From assembly GCA_016748015.1 (NCBI GenBank), contig JAAOMT010000124.1, forward strand, positions 1 through 9,223: a stretch of 9,223 nt of DNA, read 5' to 3'. Shown here piece by piece: positions 7,290 to 9,223 of the stretch. The notes beneath the pieces are model-generated. The model had not been told where the DNA came from. It did not search any database and was given only the letters and a program-made list of their open reading frames with translations. Source of the DNA: Geosiphon pyriformis uo1. Its lineage: Eukaryota; Fungi; Glomeromycota. The position numbers and the translations under genes were made by a program. Each line of letters starts with the position of its first letter. The stretch's first letter is position 1.

Positions 7290-8073
7290 ATCACTCTTTT
7301 GAGACTTCCGAACATATGGCCATAGGCCCCATAGGGGTAGGAATCCCTCATTAGCACTAGCTTTAGTTGTTGATTCTGTTTCATGTACATTGTTTACCAA
7401 TACCTTGATAGACCCTAAGCTCTGGTACGGATTCTTGGTATGATTCGTGTATAACGCTCTAGATATTTGGTTGAATATAGTAGGTCCTCTCATGAGAGCT
7501 GAGTAACGCTCATCTTTTAGTACTCTCGTCATGGGCACCATTCGAAACCAGCCTTTTGCTGTAGGTTCCGCTTTGACCGTCAGATACTGCTCCTATGTCT
7601 TGCTATGGCTCCTAACCAATCCCCTATACCTATTAGAGATTGCTATGGGGCCCTCTATTGCTGTGAATAAATCCAACCGGCTAATGATTACCGCTGGGAT
7701 TACTGCTGGCTAAATACCACGCCACGTGACCTTGATTAAAGGGGCATCGTAAGCCCAAATGTGGACCCTGTCTTTGAGCCTCCATTGACAACCGAGTAAT
7801 TTACCATGATACTTTGCCACTAAAGCCCCCCTCGCGAATTTCGGCATAACATGATCTGGGTTGGGTCCAGCTCACGGGACACTAGTATTTTAGCCCCAGT
7901 TGTGGTCGTGAGTAGTAGTAAGAGAAGCGTACATTGGATCTTAGATAGGCCCTTGGATAGTTTATGGTATTACTCTACTGATGGTCTGCTCCCTTTTGGG
8001 GCAGGGTAAAATTGACCTCGCCCAGCCATCTGTGGCCTTTGTTGTCATCTATTGGGGTAGCCATCGAAGCCCT
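7290..8073 (-). rRNA. rns: SSU rRNA (repeat copy)
   Basis: Duplicate of 157..940. Confidence 0.7.
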
Positions 8074-9223
8074 CGCTACCCAGGTGGTAGCCTGCCTTTG
8101 AGCTGGTACCTAATAGGGGATTGGACCTCAAATTGGTGTTAGTTAGTGGGACGTGGTCAATGGGCCCTATCGGGGCTATGGCCACTCGGTCTGGGGATTT
8201 GGAGCGGGATTTTTGGGATTTTGATTTGGAGCTGTATAAGGCTGCCCTTAGTATTGACGTCTATTAAGGAATATTTCTTTAGCTCCTTTATGGTGCCAAG
8301 TAGGGACCTTGTATCTTGAGCATCCCGCAACGATTAACCAGGATTTGAGCTACCCATAAGCACCCCATATTTACCCCCCTGCCATTGAGCCCTGGCCTCT
8401 TAGGTCCGGGGTTAGTACCATGGGGGCCCTAAGGTAAAGGGGTAAATGGTTCACCATGCCGTCTATAGGGAGGAGGTGTCAGCTAGAAGAGTGGGTTAAG
8501 TTGGAGTAGTGTTGATGGGGTGATAGCTAGTTAAATTGCCATGAATACGTAATTGCCGCGGCTGGTACTGGTTTTGAGCGGAGGAGCTCTCAAATCGCGT
8601 ATAAGGCTGGGTTAGATGGGTAGGTTATCCTTATATTGGCGTCCAGGGGCAAAGGCTACCTGCCATGGCTCTGTCAATGGATTGCCGATTATGGCCAAAT
8701 GCTGCTACTATTGAAGTTAGTCCCTGTTGTAGCCCGCCCAATAGTGTAAAGTGCTCGGTATTATGTAGTGGGAGTACAACAGGTAGGTAGGCTATACGCT
8801 GGGCTATATAGGCTTTTAGCACTTGATTCTAAGCCTATCGATTGGTAGAATATGGCCCTAGCCATTCGTTAATGATGATTAATTGTGAAAGGCCTTCCCT
8901 TAACGTTAGTGGTAAGGTCACAAAGAATTATAGCTTTGCGTTAGGTGGTTTATAATGGTGGAGGGTTATTCACACGTGTGATGGTGGAGCGAGCCTGTTG
9001 CAACCCCCCTGAAATACAAGGATCGCGATATCCCGATCGTGATGTTCTGGCTAGCTGCTTGGAGGTCAATTGTATGGACTAGTAAATATGAGAGGATCTT
9101 TTATCTGGCAGTCTATCTGATCCTTAACAAGCCTTCCAGTAGCTACACTTAAAGCCCATAGCCTAGATGGTATAGGCATATTTTGTAGCCACAATACACT
9201 CAAACAGCACTATTACCCCCCCC
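8074..9223 (-). rRNA. rnl: LSU rRNA, 3' portion (repeat copy, truncated by window)
   Basis: Duplicate of 941..2090. Confidence 0.6.

Larger units (their letters stand above)
7134..9223. repeat. Copy 2 of terminal repeat (probable circular overlap or head-to-tail concatemer)
   Basis: Matches 1..2090. The nad6-like gene runs continuously across 7133/7134, as expected for a circle. Confidence 0.97.

Noticed and set aside
1-9223. LTR retroelement or transposon bounded by 2-kb direct repeats
   Set aside because: The repeats consist of rRNA and nad6 sequence, a gene crosses the boundary, and no RT, integrase or transposase is present.

Overview
The window is one 7,133-bp unit plus a 2,090-bp re-entry (1..2090 = 7134..9223), most simply a small circular mitochondrial chromosome read past its origin. 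Everything recognisable is on the minus strand with almost no spacers. Order in the direction of transcription: nad6 - cox3 5' part - nad2 3' half - atp9 - nad4L - nad5 5' part - nad3 - (atp8?) - nad5 3' part - cox3 3' part - LSU rRNA - SSU rRNA. The proteins look fungal/opisthokont and TGA reads as Trp. No protein gene has an intact reading frame. Conserved motifs are recovered only by adding missing bases (often copies of adjacent bases) and changing placeholder bases (A for C, G for T, T for G, G-runs). cox3 and nad5 are each split around other complete genes, with no room for an intron core. Best hypothesis: a multipartite mitogenome of cryptogenes needing mixed insertion plus substitution RNA editing and intron-less exon joining. 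Pseudogene decay or systematic sequencing error cannot be excluded without transcripts. Gene identities come from manual comparison with remembered consensus motifs, and boundaries are approximate.
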